Positions 19,027-32,000 of a stretch of DNA of 64,000 bases are shown piece after piece. Position 1 is the stretch's first letter. Each line of letters opens with the position of its first letter. The position numbers and the translations under genes are program-made. The notes under the pieces were generated by a model, which saw only the letters and a program-made list of their open reading frames with translations, searched no databases and was not told the origin of the DNA. Origin of the DNA: Candidatus Obscuribacteraceae bacterium (GTDB lineage Bacteria; Cyanobacteriota; Vampirovibrionia; Obscuribacterales; Obscuribacteraceae). The DNA lies in the NCBI GenBank assembly GCA_044226015.1, contig JBGAHS010000008.1:448001-512000 (forward strand). The letters are read 5' to 3'.

Positions 19027-19854
19027 ATGAGCAGACTTTTCCCGCTCCTGGCTGTTTTCATTATTTCGATGAACCCGGCCAGTGCCCAATTCAACATTCA
19101 GACAAAGGATGGTGGGAACGTAAGCATTGGACCAAACGGTATTTCCGTTAACAAGCGCAATAAGAAAATTGATATTAGTCCAGCCGGAATAAACATTGAA
19201 AAGCCCGGAAAAACCGTCGAAGTGACGCCTGATGGAGTTAAAACGAGCAAGAATAAACACAAAAAAGCAGACAAGGATGACACTGAAGCTGTAAGTGGTG
19301 CTGGCAGTACATCGCTGTCTGTCAATGCCGGTAATCTGAGCCTTGACCAGCGCATCACATTGATTGAAATGCATGTTTATGGAAAGAAATCCGACCAACC
19401 GCTAATGCATCGCGTCGAAAAACTTGAGCGAGACAACTTTGGAAAGAAAGGCTCAGGTACGATAGTTCAGCGCATCGATGCTTTATGGAAGGATCTAGCA
19501 CCACCTGCAACACCACAAGATTCCACAATCAACAGTGGAATAGGAATTGGAAGCAGCCCTCTTGAGCTCAGCAAAAAAGACGATTCGCAAGTTCTTACGC
19601 TAAACAACAGCAATTTCGAAGGCGAAATCAAATGCCAGAACAACGACGCAATTCTCAATGCAAGCAATTGCAAGATTAAGTTCCTTGGTCCTCTGCGGAA
19701 ACTCGTCGTCAACGGAAGCAACAACGAAATTTACTGCGAGAACATTCTTGAGATACAAACGAATGGCAGCGGGAATGATGTGTCCTGGAGTGCAGACATG
19801 AAACCATCAGGCGCAGACGCTGGCACATCGAACAAGCTTCATGCGAAAGAATAA
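19027..19854 (+). CDS. Secreted protein with C-terminal DUF3060-like beta-solenoid
   Basis: ATG 19027 follows GGAGG (the ORF track starts at 18997). Signal peptide ends ..PASA-Q. Short repeats VSIGPNGI, IDISPAGI and VEVTPDGV. C-terminal LVVNGSNNEI..IQTNGSGNDVSW..GTSNKL resembles DUF3060. Confidence 0.75.
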   Translation: MSRLFPLLAVFIISMNPASAQFNIQTKDGGNVSIGPNGISVNKRNKKIDISPAGINIEKPGKTVEVTPDGVKTSKNKHKKADKDDTEAVSGAGSTSLSVNAGNLSLDQRITLIEMHVYGKKSDQPLMHRVEKLERDNFGKKGSGTIVQRIDALWKDLAPPATPQDSTINSGIGIGSSPLELSKKDDSQVLTLNNSNFEGEIKCQNNDAILNASNCKIKFLGPLRKLVVNGSNNEIYCENILEIQTNGSGNDVSWSADMKPSGADAGTSNKLHAKE

Positions 19855-19930
19855 GTGGTACGCGGCGCTGGTTTAGGGATCTGAATAAGCGCCAGACAAT
19901 AAGCCGCTGCATCCGAGTAGCACTGCAAAG

Positions 19931-19964
19931 AAAATGAGTCGATCTCAAAGAAATCGACTCATTT
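19931..19964. terminator. Likely bidirectional terminator between convergent genes
   Basis: 12-bp stem AAATGAGTCGAT...ATCGACTCATTT between the stops at 19854 (+) and 20004 (-). Confidence 0.75.
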
Positions 19965-20003
19965 CGTTTATTGGTTCAGAGGACCAGCTCCGCAACTCAC
20001 AAG

Positions 20004-23000
20004 CTATTGCTTGTAGCTGACCGGGGTGAAGTTATCGTCATGTGCATAACGAGTTCCGTTCTCTGGAGTGCTTGTTGGAACGACCTTTTTAGGAGTCGAC
20101 TTATAGCCACCGTGACCTTGAGTGATTGTATGGAGTGCCGCTGCAGTCTTCAGCAATCGGTCACGCAACGTCTTCTCAACGTTGTTGTTAGGATGGCGCA
20201 AGGACTTCAGATGGTCAGTGTTGGACAAGACACTCGGTAGCGAGACTTCGCAGGTAGAGAAGAACAAGCCATTTGGATACGAGTAGTGGCGGAATCCTCT
20301 TCTACCAATACCGTCAGCCTTGAATTGCTCTGCTTCGGTGAGAGCATGTCGTGAAATGGTTATTTCTTCTCCAGAGCTCAGTACTACCGTCTTATTGTGA
20401 ATCTTGACGGAAACGGCACCAGACTCGCCGCAGTTTGCGACTCTCAGAGACACATTGTCTTGTGAAACTGCAGTCAGAGCACCCTTCTTCACATTGATTT
20501 GAGCAAAGGGTGAGCTGATAGTGGTGTCAAAGTTTGGATGAATAATCATCTCACCAGAGCCAAACGCTAGCTTCACGTTAGCATCATGCTTGCCACGAGC
20601 GGTATCATCCATTTTCGCGGTTAGTGCATGACTCGATTCTTCACCGCTGACAAACAAATCAGCTAGCTTGTGAGTACTACCAGACTCTTGCTCATCAACT
20701 TCAAATGTAGTCGACGGCACCACAGAGACGGTGTATCCGATGGCCTTGTAACCTGCGACAGTGAACGTCACACCATCCATGTGTACTGTGTTGGTAGCAT
20801 TCGTATCGAATACGATGCCGCCACCGGACAGGTTCATGGTTGTGGTGTTTGAGTTGCTCGTCGATAGGTTCACACTACCAGTCGCAGCGCCATTGGTGTA
20901 GTTCAGTGCGAGCGAACCTTGAACAGTGCCAGTAGCAGGGTTGTTGATCGTCACCTTGCTGCCGAAATCGCTTGCTGGCGGATATGGCAATGTTTTCTTG
21001 GCAGACAACTTGCTGACCAGGGTACCAGCACCGAATTCGATACCACCTCCCGAGGACGATTGGCTTGTTCCTATAGCAGACGCCTGGAAGTTGTTGCCAC
21101 TGTTAGTAGCAGTGGATATATCACCGTTCGCCAGAACAACTATGTTGCCACCACTTGCGGTCCAGGTGTTGCCGGATCCGATTGTCAGAGGATTTGTTCC
21201 TTTAGATGTGAGGTTGATGTTTCCACCGATGGAATTAAATTTGGTGGTGTTGCCTACTGTGATAACACCTGCCGCACTCATATTGATAGAGCCCTTTGTC
21301 AGAACTTGGGTATTGGTCAACGGCGTACAGCATGGAATACTTGCCGAGGAGAACAAGCCAGCTGTAATCGCGGTTCCATCAACATTCACATTGCCAGAAG
21401 TGGAAGTCACGCTAACACCCTTAGAGCCGTAGAAGCCCGTTCCGGCAGTGGTCGAAGCGTTGAGAGTAATATCTCCCGTTGCAGTCAATCCGATGTTTGC
21501 ATTGGAAGTAGTGAAGGTGTTATCGGCACCAATTGTGATGCCACCACCGGTAGCGCTGAACGTGACAGCACCATTCAAATTATTGAGCGTTGTCGCAGTG
21601 AGTGAATTTCCGCTACCAAGCACAATATTCTTCGCACTGTTAACTGTCATGGAGGCACCCAGCGCATTGAACGTACCACCATTGTTAATGCTCAACGTTG
21701 CACTCGTATTTGAGGATTTGAGGGCAATGTTTCCACCAACAGAGGTGAAGGCGACACCATCGTTAATAAGCAACTGAGAACCGGCTGTCGTGATATTGAT
21801 TGCACCCGCTGAACCGATATTTGTTGAGGTCAGCGACTGAGCTGGATTTCCATTTAGTTGTCCTGCGTTTATTACAACGTTATTGCCGATATTGATTCCA
21901 GTACCAGTAGCGGAGGTATCGGATATATTTACGTTCGTTGATGAATTCAAGCTCTGGTTGCTGGCGATCGTTATGCCACCAGCAGAACTCAAAGTTAGCG
22001 CGGTTGCTGAAGTTCCGAAAGTGTTATTGACGGAATTTACAAGCAATCCACCAGCGCCGGCCGTCACAGTGATGGCAGCAGCCGTAGAGAAAGAACTGAC
22101 GCCATTAATGCTGACAGTGCTTCCCTTCAAGTTGATTGGCTGATTACCCAGAGAACGCACGGTACCATTCGAGAAGGTGAATGTGCCCGTGCTTCCACCG
22201 AGGTTGATGGCTCCAAAACCAACAATCGTATCAGCTGTCGAACCGATAGACAGACCGGTTGTCCCGATAGTGATTGCTCCCAGGCTGGTGGTGGCACTAG
22301 CGTTGGTCAGACCGCGGGCCTGATAAGTTACGTTGCCCTTGTCAGTTACTGTACCAGCTATGGTGATATTGCCGCCGTTAGCGAAGAATCCATCGGATGA
22401 ACCCAGCGACTTAGTTCCAGAACCGTTGATAGATATGTTGGCACCATTGGAGGTGAAGCTAGAGGTATTACCAACAGTGACGCCTCCAGTTCCTGCAGTA
22501 ATGCTAATAGCACCAGTTTTGGCTATGTCGGAGCTAAATACCGCAGATGGCGCAGGGGGAGCACCAGCATTCAAAGCACCTGCAGTGAACGTGGTGTTGT
22601 CCCCGATATTGACAGAGGATGTCGTTCCATTGGCTGTGATGTTTGTTGAACCTGAACTAGCTACCGTCAAGTTGTTATCGAAAGTCACATTACCGACTCC
22701 GGTGACTGTCAATGAATTACCAGTAGTTGAAGTATTTGTAGATAGACTGGAAACAGAAAGATTGCTTCCAGCAACTACGGTTACAGTTCCTCCACTGCTT
22801 GTAATTGAGCTGGAACCACCAATTGCTGTCATCGGAGCATTGTTCAACAATATGTTGCCTTGTCCAGTGACTGTGAAGCCACCATGGTATGTATTGATCG
22901 GCACATTCACAAGATCTACAGAACCAGCGGAAGCTCCGATTATGACGCCAGCACCAGCATTCACAGAACCTGACAAGGTGACGCCTTGTTTGCCCGTTAT

Positions 23001-26000
23001 TGTCACAGCACCAAGGTTACCCGCAGTATTGAGCGATTGAGCAAAAATCGCAGTATTGCCATTTGCAACGAAACTTCCACCGGTGGAGTTCAGAGATACA
23101 GAGCCACCGTAAGCATTTATGGTACTCGTAGTGAGGAAGATGGTACCAGTTGTATTCATGGTAGTCTGACCAACGGAACTCAAAATGATGTTGCCAACAC
23201 TGATGCCACCACTTCCAGCAGTTATCTGAAGGTTACCAGCCGTCTGAATACCACTTGAGCTCAGAGGCGAAGGCAGCGCAGGCGGGGCAACCTTCAGTGC
23301 GCCGGCGGATACGCCGAGCACACCAGGAGTTATGTCAATCTTCGAATTCTTCTCGGTTGCTTTGAGTGTCAAATTCGTGCCAGCTGACACCAGAGATCCA
23401 GCAGTGAATGAAATAGCGGTGCCTGTTCCAGCAGCAGTCATGCTGATCGCCTTATTGCTGCTGGTGACATTAGCGTTGTTCACCCCGATGATGCCCTTGG
23501 CCGTCATACCGACGCCACCATTGTTGAATGCACTGACAATGCCGTTGTTTACAGATATGTCTAAGGAGCTGTTCAAGGTGACATTCGCACTTGCGGCTTT
23601 GCTGGATAGACCAGAGCTAATGCTTGCATTCGCTACCGTTATGCTACCTGGTGTTTTCGAATTGGTTGTCAGCGTAGCAAGCGAACCAGCGTTGATTGAG
23701 CTAGCACTCACAGTGGCTGAACCAACCTGATAAACCTGCCCTCCGGACGCATTGTTCAGGGTGGATGAAGTGACACTCGATCCTGCCACTACGTTCAAGA
23801 CACCGGGAGCAGTCACTGAGAGCGCTCCGCCGTTTATCGTCAGTGCGCTGGAAATGAAGCTGCTGTCACCGCCGCTCTTGATAGTGATAGAGCCACTGTT
23901 TGCAGTGAGACTACTCGAATTAACAAGAAATGGTGCCGTGCCAGCATTGTTGAAACTTATCGAGCCCGAACTGACTACCTGGCTCTTAGTGACGTTGAAT
24001 CCTAGAACGGCCGAGTTCAAGGCGCCTGCCTTCAACGTTGAACCATTAACGATGTTCACACCAGCAGTCTTGTCTGACGAGTTGAAAGCCATTGACTGAG
24101 TGGTGGTCACAAGCGCGTTATTTAGCTGCAAAGATCCGCTGTAGGTCGTCGTCATCTTACCCGCAGATGATACCGAAGGTCCAACTCCGATGCCTTCACC
24201 GAAGTTGACCCCTGTTTTACCAGTGATGGTCAAGTTGCTGTTTGCCTTGTTGGTAGACACACTGGAACGAAGCACAGTTGGAGAGTCAGCTATCGTGACT
24301 ACCGCATCTGAACTCAACGATAGAGTCGTGCCAGCAACAAGATTGCTTGGGTTCGCGATCACCGTAGCGGTCGAAGATCCGATAGCGAGTGGTGTTGCAG
24401 GAGCACCCTTAACAGTTTTCGCTGTGATGGCTATGCTACTCGGAACGAAAGATGGAGTAACGTTGGATGTATCACCGCCCACGATAGCAGTCTGTGCCTT
24501 GTTTGAAGGATCACTGAGAGCAAAATTGAGGGCAACCTTTTGGGTTGTCGATGGAGCGAACGCTGCAGCTAGAGGCTTGGCAGCGGCAGCCATCGGCATA
24601 GCCTGGAAGAGCACGGGCAAATTGAAGTTAGAAGCAGTGGAATTGAAATTGAACGTCAAGTTGGTTCCCATTCCCTGATCAATAATGATTGCTCCATTGG
24701 CTGGTCCCATGATGGTGCCACCATTTGTCTGGTTGAAGTTGATGCCATTGCCGTTGTTTGCAGCCATGAGAATCTTGCCAGCCACAATGGTTCCCTGGTT
24801 GCTCCAGTTGGTTCCAGTTGCAGTCAACATCAGTGTAGAGCTGTTTGTAGCGCTGACCTGACCGCCTGGAAGAACCTTCATGCCACTGCTACCGAAGTCA
24901 ACCATAGCTGTCGAACCCAGAGTAGTGAAGTTCAAAGTTCCACCAATAGCACTGTTGGCTCCAAGATATGCAGTCGGATGATCACCAGCAACATTGAGCA
25001 CAAAGTTTCCGCCACCAGATACAACAAGGTTGAACTTGCTGAAGCTAGATGGAAGATCATATCCATTCACCGCGATTGAACTGCCTGCAACAGCTTGATT
25101 GTTGCCATTCAAATTGACTGTCACAACTTGACCACGAGTCGCCTGGTATTGTGCCAGAGCTTGCGATGGAGTGATTTGTGTTCTTACACCGCTGCCATTG
25201 TCCGGTGCGATCGTCGGCGTTCCGCTAACGGTGATGCTGACACTTCCTTTGGTGAAGTCACTGTTGAAGTAAACGCGTCCGGTGCCACCATTGATGTCTG
25301 CAGCAGTGACAATCGGGTTTGATGTTCCGGTGTTACCAGCGATGTTCCCCTTGATGCCATTGACCACAGCCGAATTTCCAACTGTGAATAGAGCACCAGG
25401 AAGAGCATAAACGCCATTGCCAGCTTTGCTCAAATCGCTAGTTCCTACTGTAAGGTCAAGGTTTGTTGGCAGAGACTGAATTGAAGAAGAAGTGAGTGCA
25501 ACATTACCGTCAGTTCCGTTGGTTGCGCCGGTTGAGCCCTTTAAGCCGCCTCTGGCATCTACACTGACGCTGCCGGTGCCGTTGCTTGTTCCAGCAACGG
25601 CAATAGAACCTGCAGAGAGTGTGATTGCTCCTGCAGTGCCACCATTACCTGTGCCAGTCTTAGCAGCGTTGCCGCCGCGGGAATCAACAGCTCCTGTTAT
25701 GTTTATAGCACCTTGATACAAGCCACCAGTCTGTTGAGTCACAATACTGATGGAACCAGCAGCACCACCTGACTCATTCGTCACGCTTCCATTGCCACCG
25801 GAAGAGACCACAGAGCCTTTGATGCTCACAAAGCTCGCTGCATTAATCAGCACAGCACCACCTGCTCGAGCAGGGTTAGCGCTGAAGCCCTTAGCAGAGC
25901 TGCCTCCAGCATTTATGGAACCCGCGATGGATACAATTCCTGTGAGTTGTGCTGAGGGAACGCCCTGGTTAATGAAGACAGAAGCGGCGTTTATCACGCC

Positions 26001-29000
26001 TGAAGTCGTGATAGCACCCTGAACTGTTACGTGCGAGTCAGAAGCAAGCACAACTGTACCGCCTGAGCCATTCGCGCTTGACGTGTTGATGGCACCGCCG
26101 ACGTAGATTGCTGCACCATTGAGCGCACTAACGGAACCCGCATTTGTGCCAAAGGAACCACCAGTAACGCTGTTGTTGTAAATGACAGGAGAGCCGATCA
26201 CCACTGGTGCCGAACCCACGAGATTTACAGTGCCACCATTGCTAGGCTGGATGGTATTCGTCGAGCCAGCAGCGGTGATGCCTTTGTCGATAATGATACC
26301 GCCAGGACCCGCCACGGTGACTTTACCTGCGTCGAACTTGGATGAAGTGGTGATTGAACCGACGTGAATCAAGCCATTGTTCAACAAGCCAGCATTAGCC
26401 ATCAGGGTGACGTTACCGCCATTAGCCTGCTTACCTCCAGTCGGCACCTTGCTCGCTGTGCTGGAGGTATCGATAGCTGTATTCGGGAGAAGGATGGAAC
26501 CACCCGATGCGGACGGAACCAGGTTCGTGATTTGTCCATTAGGATTGCTCGTATAATCCCATCCAGCAAGGATGAAGAGATCACCACCACCTCTGGTTGA
26601 GCTGTTGAGCTTGATGCTACCAATAGCCTTGCCCTGGAGAATGTTGCCTTTAGCAAGCAGAACGAGGGAGTTACCATTGAAGGTAATAGCATTATTCAGA
26701 ACGAGGTCTTGCGACGAAACCATCGTCGGAGTTGTGTTGCTACCTGGAGGAGCTGTCCACACGATGCCCGGGGTCACGCTTGTCGAATTATCTGTAAGAA
26801 CAGAAGTATTAATGTATAGCGGACCAGGATTGACTGTAATCACAGAACCCGTAGCAAGCACAACGGATTGTCCAGACTGAGTGGCATTCACATTTGTGAA
26901 ACCATTGAATGTCTGAGTTCCAGCCAGAGTTAGCACCTGATTTGCGGCGCTGCCAGTCAGGTTCAGATTTACACCATTGCCGGTTCCAGACCCCGTAGCT
27001 GTCATCGTGCCACCTGCGCCTGTTCCGGTGACCGTCAGACTCTTACCAGATTCACTATTGACGTTGATGAAACCATTGGTTGCAGTCAATGTATTGCCGT
27101 AGTTCAGCGCGTTGGTGTTAAGCACGAGGTTATTGCTTGCAGTGGTATTGCCACCAGTGGTGATGCTTCCCGAAGACGAGAAAGTGATGTTATTGCCTGT
27201 GCTCGCATTCAACACGGTATTGCCAACTACTTTGACGAAGACATCTCCAAGCGTGTTAGCACTGACACTTGTAGAGGATACATTCTTCGGAACGTTGATG
27301 AGAATCGGAACAGAAGAAGAACCTATGTTTCCGAGGCCAGTTCCAGCAATACTGCTCAAATTAACGACATTTGCAGTAATTGGTGTATTAGCTTTCTGTT
27401 GTATTGCAGTTGGCAATGCAGGATTGCCCTGAAGTGCCGAGCCGCCGTCAATATTTACGGTGCCAGTTATGCCCGCAGTGGTTGTGATCTTGTTGTTCAA
27501 GAACACTGTGCCACCAGCACCCAAGGTAATAGTTTTGCCATTGTTGATGGCTGTGCCCAAGGTGAGGTTGCCGGTGGAAGTGGCTACGGCAGTGACCGCG
27601 AGCGTGCCGTTGTTGCCGATGGTGACTTTGCTGAGCACAACATCACTGTTGCCCATGTTATGAACAAAAGCATCGTTAGTGGAAGTCAGGGTCAGGTTCG
27701 CAGACCCTGAAGTAGATTGATAGTTCAGGGAGTTGCCGGCTGCACCAATATTGGCTCCGGATAGAAGCAGTTTGGAACCAGTGATTTGAATTCCGTTACC
27801 CGTTCCAGCAGTGTCAGTGATCGTGCCAGTTCCGGTTGCGGTTAGTGTCACCGAGCCAGAGGCAGATGTGGCGACCACATTTGATGTGCCAGTAAGTTGA
27901 ATGCTTGTATTGATCTTCGTGCTGCTTCCTTTCAAGGTAACAGAACTTCCAACTACATCACTCAAAACTTGCAGAGTGGAATTATTTTGTGTACTGCTAA
28001 TTTGCACCGGTCCAGGAGCCGTGACGCCTGACACTGTGGTAGTGCCAGCTCCATTGTTGTTAAGGAAGACGCCTGCAGTCGAAGTACCTGAGGTGTTAGA
28101 AACCAGGGCAGAGCCTAGCGCCGGCGAGCTGAAGCCAACTGGTGTGACGGAACTTCCGATAGCGCCATTCTGTGTAGTCAGTGTCAGCATCGCAGAGGCT
28201 GCTAACAAGCCAGTGGCACTGGCATTGATGGAACCAGTGCCGGTAGCATTCACGGTGACATTGCTTGAGCTCACCGTCGAGTTGTTTGTTATCGACACGT
28301 TGGTGTTCGAGTTTCCTGCAATAGTCAGGTTGTTTCCAGCGTTCATCGTCTGAGCGATGGTTACATTTCCATTACTGACTAAATTGTAGTTAGTTCCTGC
28401 AGTGCTCTTGTTGATCGTCAAAGGAGTGGTGCCGAGGCTGGTCAAGAATGTCGAACCAGTGCCACCAGAATTGGTCTGTATTGAATTAGCAGTGAACGAG
28501 AACGGAGTCAGGCTAGAGCCAATATCAGTTGTGTCTGTGGACAGGCTCAATGAGTTGGTGTTCAGTGTGCCACCAAGGTTGCTGATAGTGCCAGCCACTG
28601 GTCCGGCTGTAGTAGCCTTCAGAACGATTGAGTTGCTAGCCTTAACTGGCGATTGAATTGTAATTGAACCACCGTTTAGAGCATTCAATGTAAGGTTGCT
28701 TACACTGATGTTTCCACTGGTAGTGATATTACCTGTAGTGACCGGAGCCTTAGCAGGATTGCCTGGTGAACCGGCATCAAATTGGAAGTTCGCAGCATTG
28801 ATATTGCCGAGAACTACGGAACCAGGAGAACTCATAAATACATTGCCAGTTGTGTTGACAGTCAAAGGAGATGCGTTCAATGCAAATGGATTTGTAGCAG
28901 TACCGACATTGCCCGTTCCCTTGATGTTAACGGTATTGCCATCGACAAATGCACCATTTGTCTCGCTGAGCGTGCCGCCATTCACTTCGAGATTGAGAAT

Positions 29001-32000
29001 GCCACCGTTAGGTGAACTGGCGTGTAAGACGCTATTGGGGTCATTAGGACTTCCAGCGCCAATCAAGGTTAGATTGCCAGCGAGTGTTTTCAATGAAATA
29101 TTAGGAGCAAAGCAACCGAGACATACAGATTGAATTCCGGCTACGTTTACATTCAGACTTCCAGCAGAAGTAGCATTTACGGTGCCACCATCTTGCGTGA
29201 ATATCTTGATCTGACCAGCACTCGTGCCAATGTTCATCGCTGAACCTGAGCTAGTTGTGGTCAGGGTGACTGAACCGCCCTTACCTTTGTTAGTTCCATT
29301 GGCATTAAGAGAAAGCGGTGCAGTAGCTCCTGAAGCTGTGACGAAGCTTGTTGCATTTATCGTGATGCTGCCACCGGCTTGGGCAGTCGGTCCAGCGCCG
29401 TTGGCATTGATTGTACCTCCGGCGATGGCAAAGGTTCCACCGAGATTGTTCAAGGTCACAGAGCCACCATCACCGAGTGCAGCTGCTGATGACGAGATGA
29501 GTGCAGTGTTAGTGAACAAGTAGCCGCCAGCAGAGTTGCTGACTGTCACTGTGCCACCATTGCCACGTGTGCTGCCACCGTCTGCGATGATGCTGCCTGT
29601 TATGCCAGCATTGTTGCCAGTTACTGTGCCGCCAAACTGAAATGTGCCAGTGCCGCTTGAGGTGATATTGATGCTTCCACCCTTACCTTCAGCGCCAGCA
29701 TTGGCAGTCAGGGAACCAAGAACCTGAACATAGCTTGTCTTAGATACCAGCGAAATTGAACCACCGTCGCCAACACCCTTACCGCTGACATCAAGTCCGA
29801 AAGCCAACTTCAGTGGTGCCACGAAACCTGTGCCTGCTGTCAGGTCGATAGAGCCGCCAGTGCCCTTAGCACCGCTGGCTACATTGATCGCAGATGCAGA
29901 ACTGACAGTCAGAGCGTTTCCAGCCGATACAACGACAGAACCACCGGCTCCGGCATTAGGTCCAGCAGTCGCGGAGAGCTGGAATTGGTTTGCAGCAGTA
30001 CCGAGCGTTATGCCGCTGGTCACAGACTTAATGGTTATCGTACCACCATCGCCACCGAGGGCTCCGTTAGCGCTGATGATACTCGAGGACGCTGGTCCGA
30101 TAGCTGCAATGTTATTGCCAGTTATCGTCACGGTTCCCCCCTTGTAGGAGCTGATACCATCAGTAGCTGCATCAGCAGAGAGCGTGCCCTGTCCGACGCG
30201 AACTGTACCCAGCGGAGCTGCAAGAGTTATGGTCCCGCCATCGCCACCCTTGCTGCCAGGGGCATGTCCGACGAGAATAGCGTTTGTCGGATCGGCCACC
30301 GTAAGAGTGGATGCACCATTTACAGTGACGAGCACGCTTCCGCCAGTTGATGCGGAGCCAGAGCTACCCAGTGCAGATAGACTGCCAGCGACTCCCTGTT
30401 GTAGATTTTGAAGGCTTACAGTGCCACCAACAACAAATGGAGATGCATTGCTTACTGTTAGCGAAATTGTTCCGCCATCACCGGAATTACTGCCACCATT
30501 TGCAGAAAGCGAACCGTTAACAAATAAACCTGATGCACTCAGGAAGATGCTACCACCACGTCCTGTCTGAGCACTATCAATATGAATTCCGTTAGTGTCG
30601 ACAACGATGTTGCCGGTATTCACAACACTAAAACTACCTTGAGCACCAATTGCACTCAGATCGATTGATGAACCAGAATTGTTGACGGTGACCGTACCAG
30701 CAGCCCCGATGACAACCGCTCCGCCGTTTGATGCACCTTGAGCCTCAAACATGACTGAATTGCCAGTATTATCGATGGTCATTCCGCCCGCACTCAGCGA
30801 AATTGTAATTTTGCCACCTTTATCACCATTGGACTGGAATAGGACAGGACCACCGGTTATAGCCAGTGACGGAGCCTTAATCGAAATATCTCCTCCAGCA
30901 CCATCTCCGTTGGCGGAGAGAGTTCCTGTGCTAATTGTAAGAACCCCTTTTGATTCTATTGTGAGAATTCCGCCGGCTCCAATTCCGCCTGGAATGCCTC
31001 TAATATCAACCAGGTTTGGATTAATCGAGATACCACCTGCGGAGTTAACAATGGTGAGATTTCCGGAAGCCTGGAGTCCGCCAGTAGCAGTGATGCCACC
31101 GACAACACCACCACCAGCCTGGGTAGCAGTGGAACCAACAACAAATGTGTTGGCAGAACTCTGTGTAATATTGATGTCTCCACCAAGTCCAGTTGAACCG
31201 TTTGCAGAAAGCTTGCCTCCAATAAAAATGTAACCGGACACAGCATTCAAAAGCACTTTCGCATTTGTATCTCCTGGAGCCTGTCCGGAGCTGTCTGCAA
31301 GAACATCACCTGTAATAATGATGTTGCCCTTGCCAGCAAATATATTGATGAATCCCCCATTAGAATTGCCGGATGATTGAACATTCAAGTCACCGGTCAC
31401 GGAGACATTGGTGGCAGCAAGAAGCTGCACCGCACCGCCAGGACCATTACTACCCACTTTATTAGAGAATGTCTGAATACTTCCAGCATTGCTAGAAATC
31501 ACAGCTCCAGTGGTTGACTGAAGAACAACTTGTCCACCACCGCCTCCGAGTGGTCCAGCATTAGCAATGACAGAATACTGTCCAGAGCCAGTCCCGACCG
31601 TGATGCTAGGACTGGTGTTTATAGTGACGGAGCCACCGCTTCCATGACCCTGCCCACTAACATCAATCACACCGGCAGGAATGGAAAGCGTTCCGTTCGG
31701 AACCAATAGTTGAAGTTCTCCACCATCACCATCCGAACTTCCACTCACGTTCAATGTATTGGTAACTGCAGAGCCAAGAATCCTCAGAACACCGCCCTGA
31801 GCCGTGTCGTTCAGCACGACCTTGCCACCGCGACCCAGTGCACCCTGTCCGCCAGCACCAGTCACTGAGATGGTACCATTCACACCATTTCCGGTCGCTG
31901 AATTTCCTACTGTGAAGGTGCCACTATTGCTGGCATTAATCACGACAGAGCCACCAGCACCTGTTCCGGCAGCATTGGCATTGATGTTGCCAGTTATATT

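Noticed and set aside
18694..19398. 234 aa minus-strand ORF
   Set aside because: Overlaps skp, its terminator and the DUF3060-like gene, all of which are better supported.
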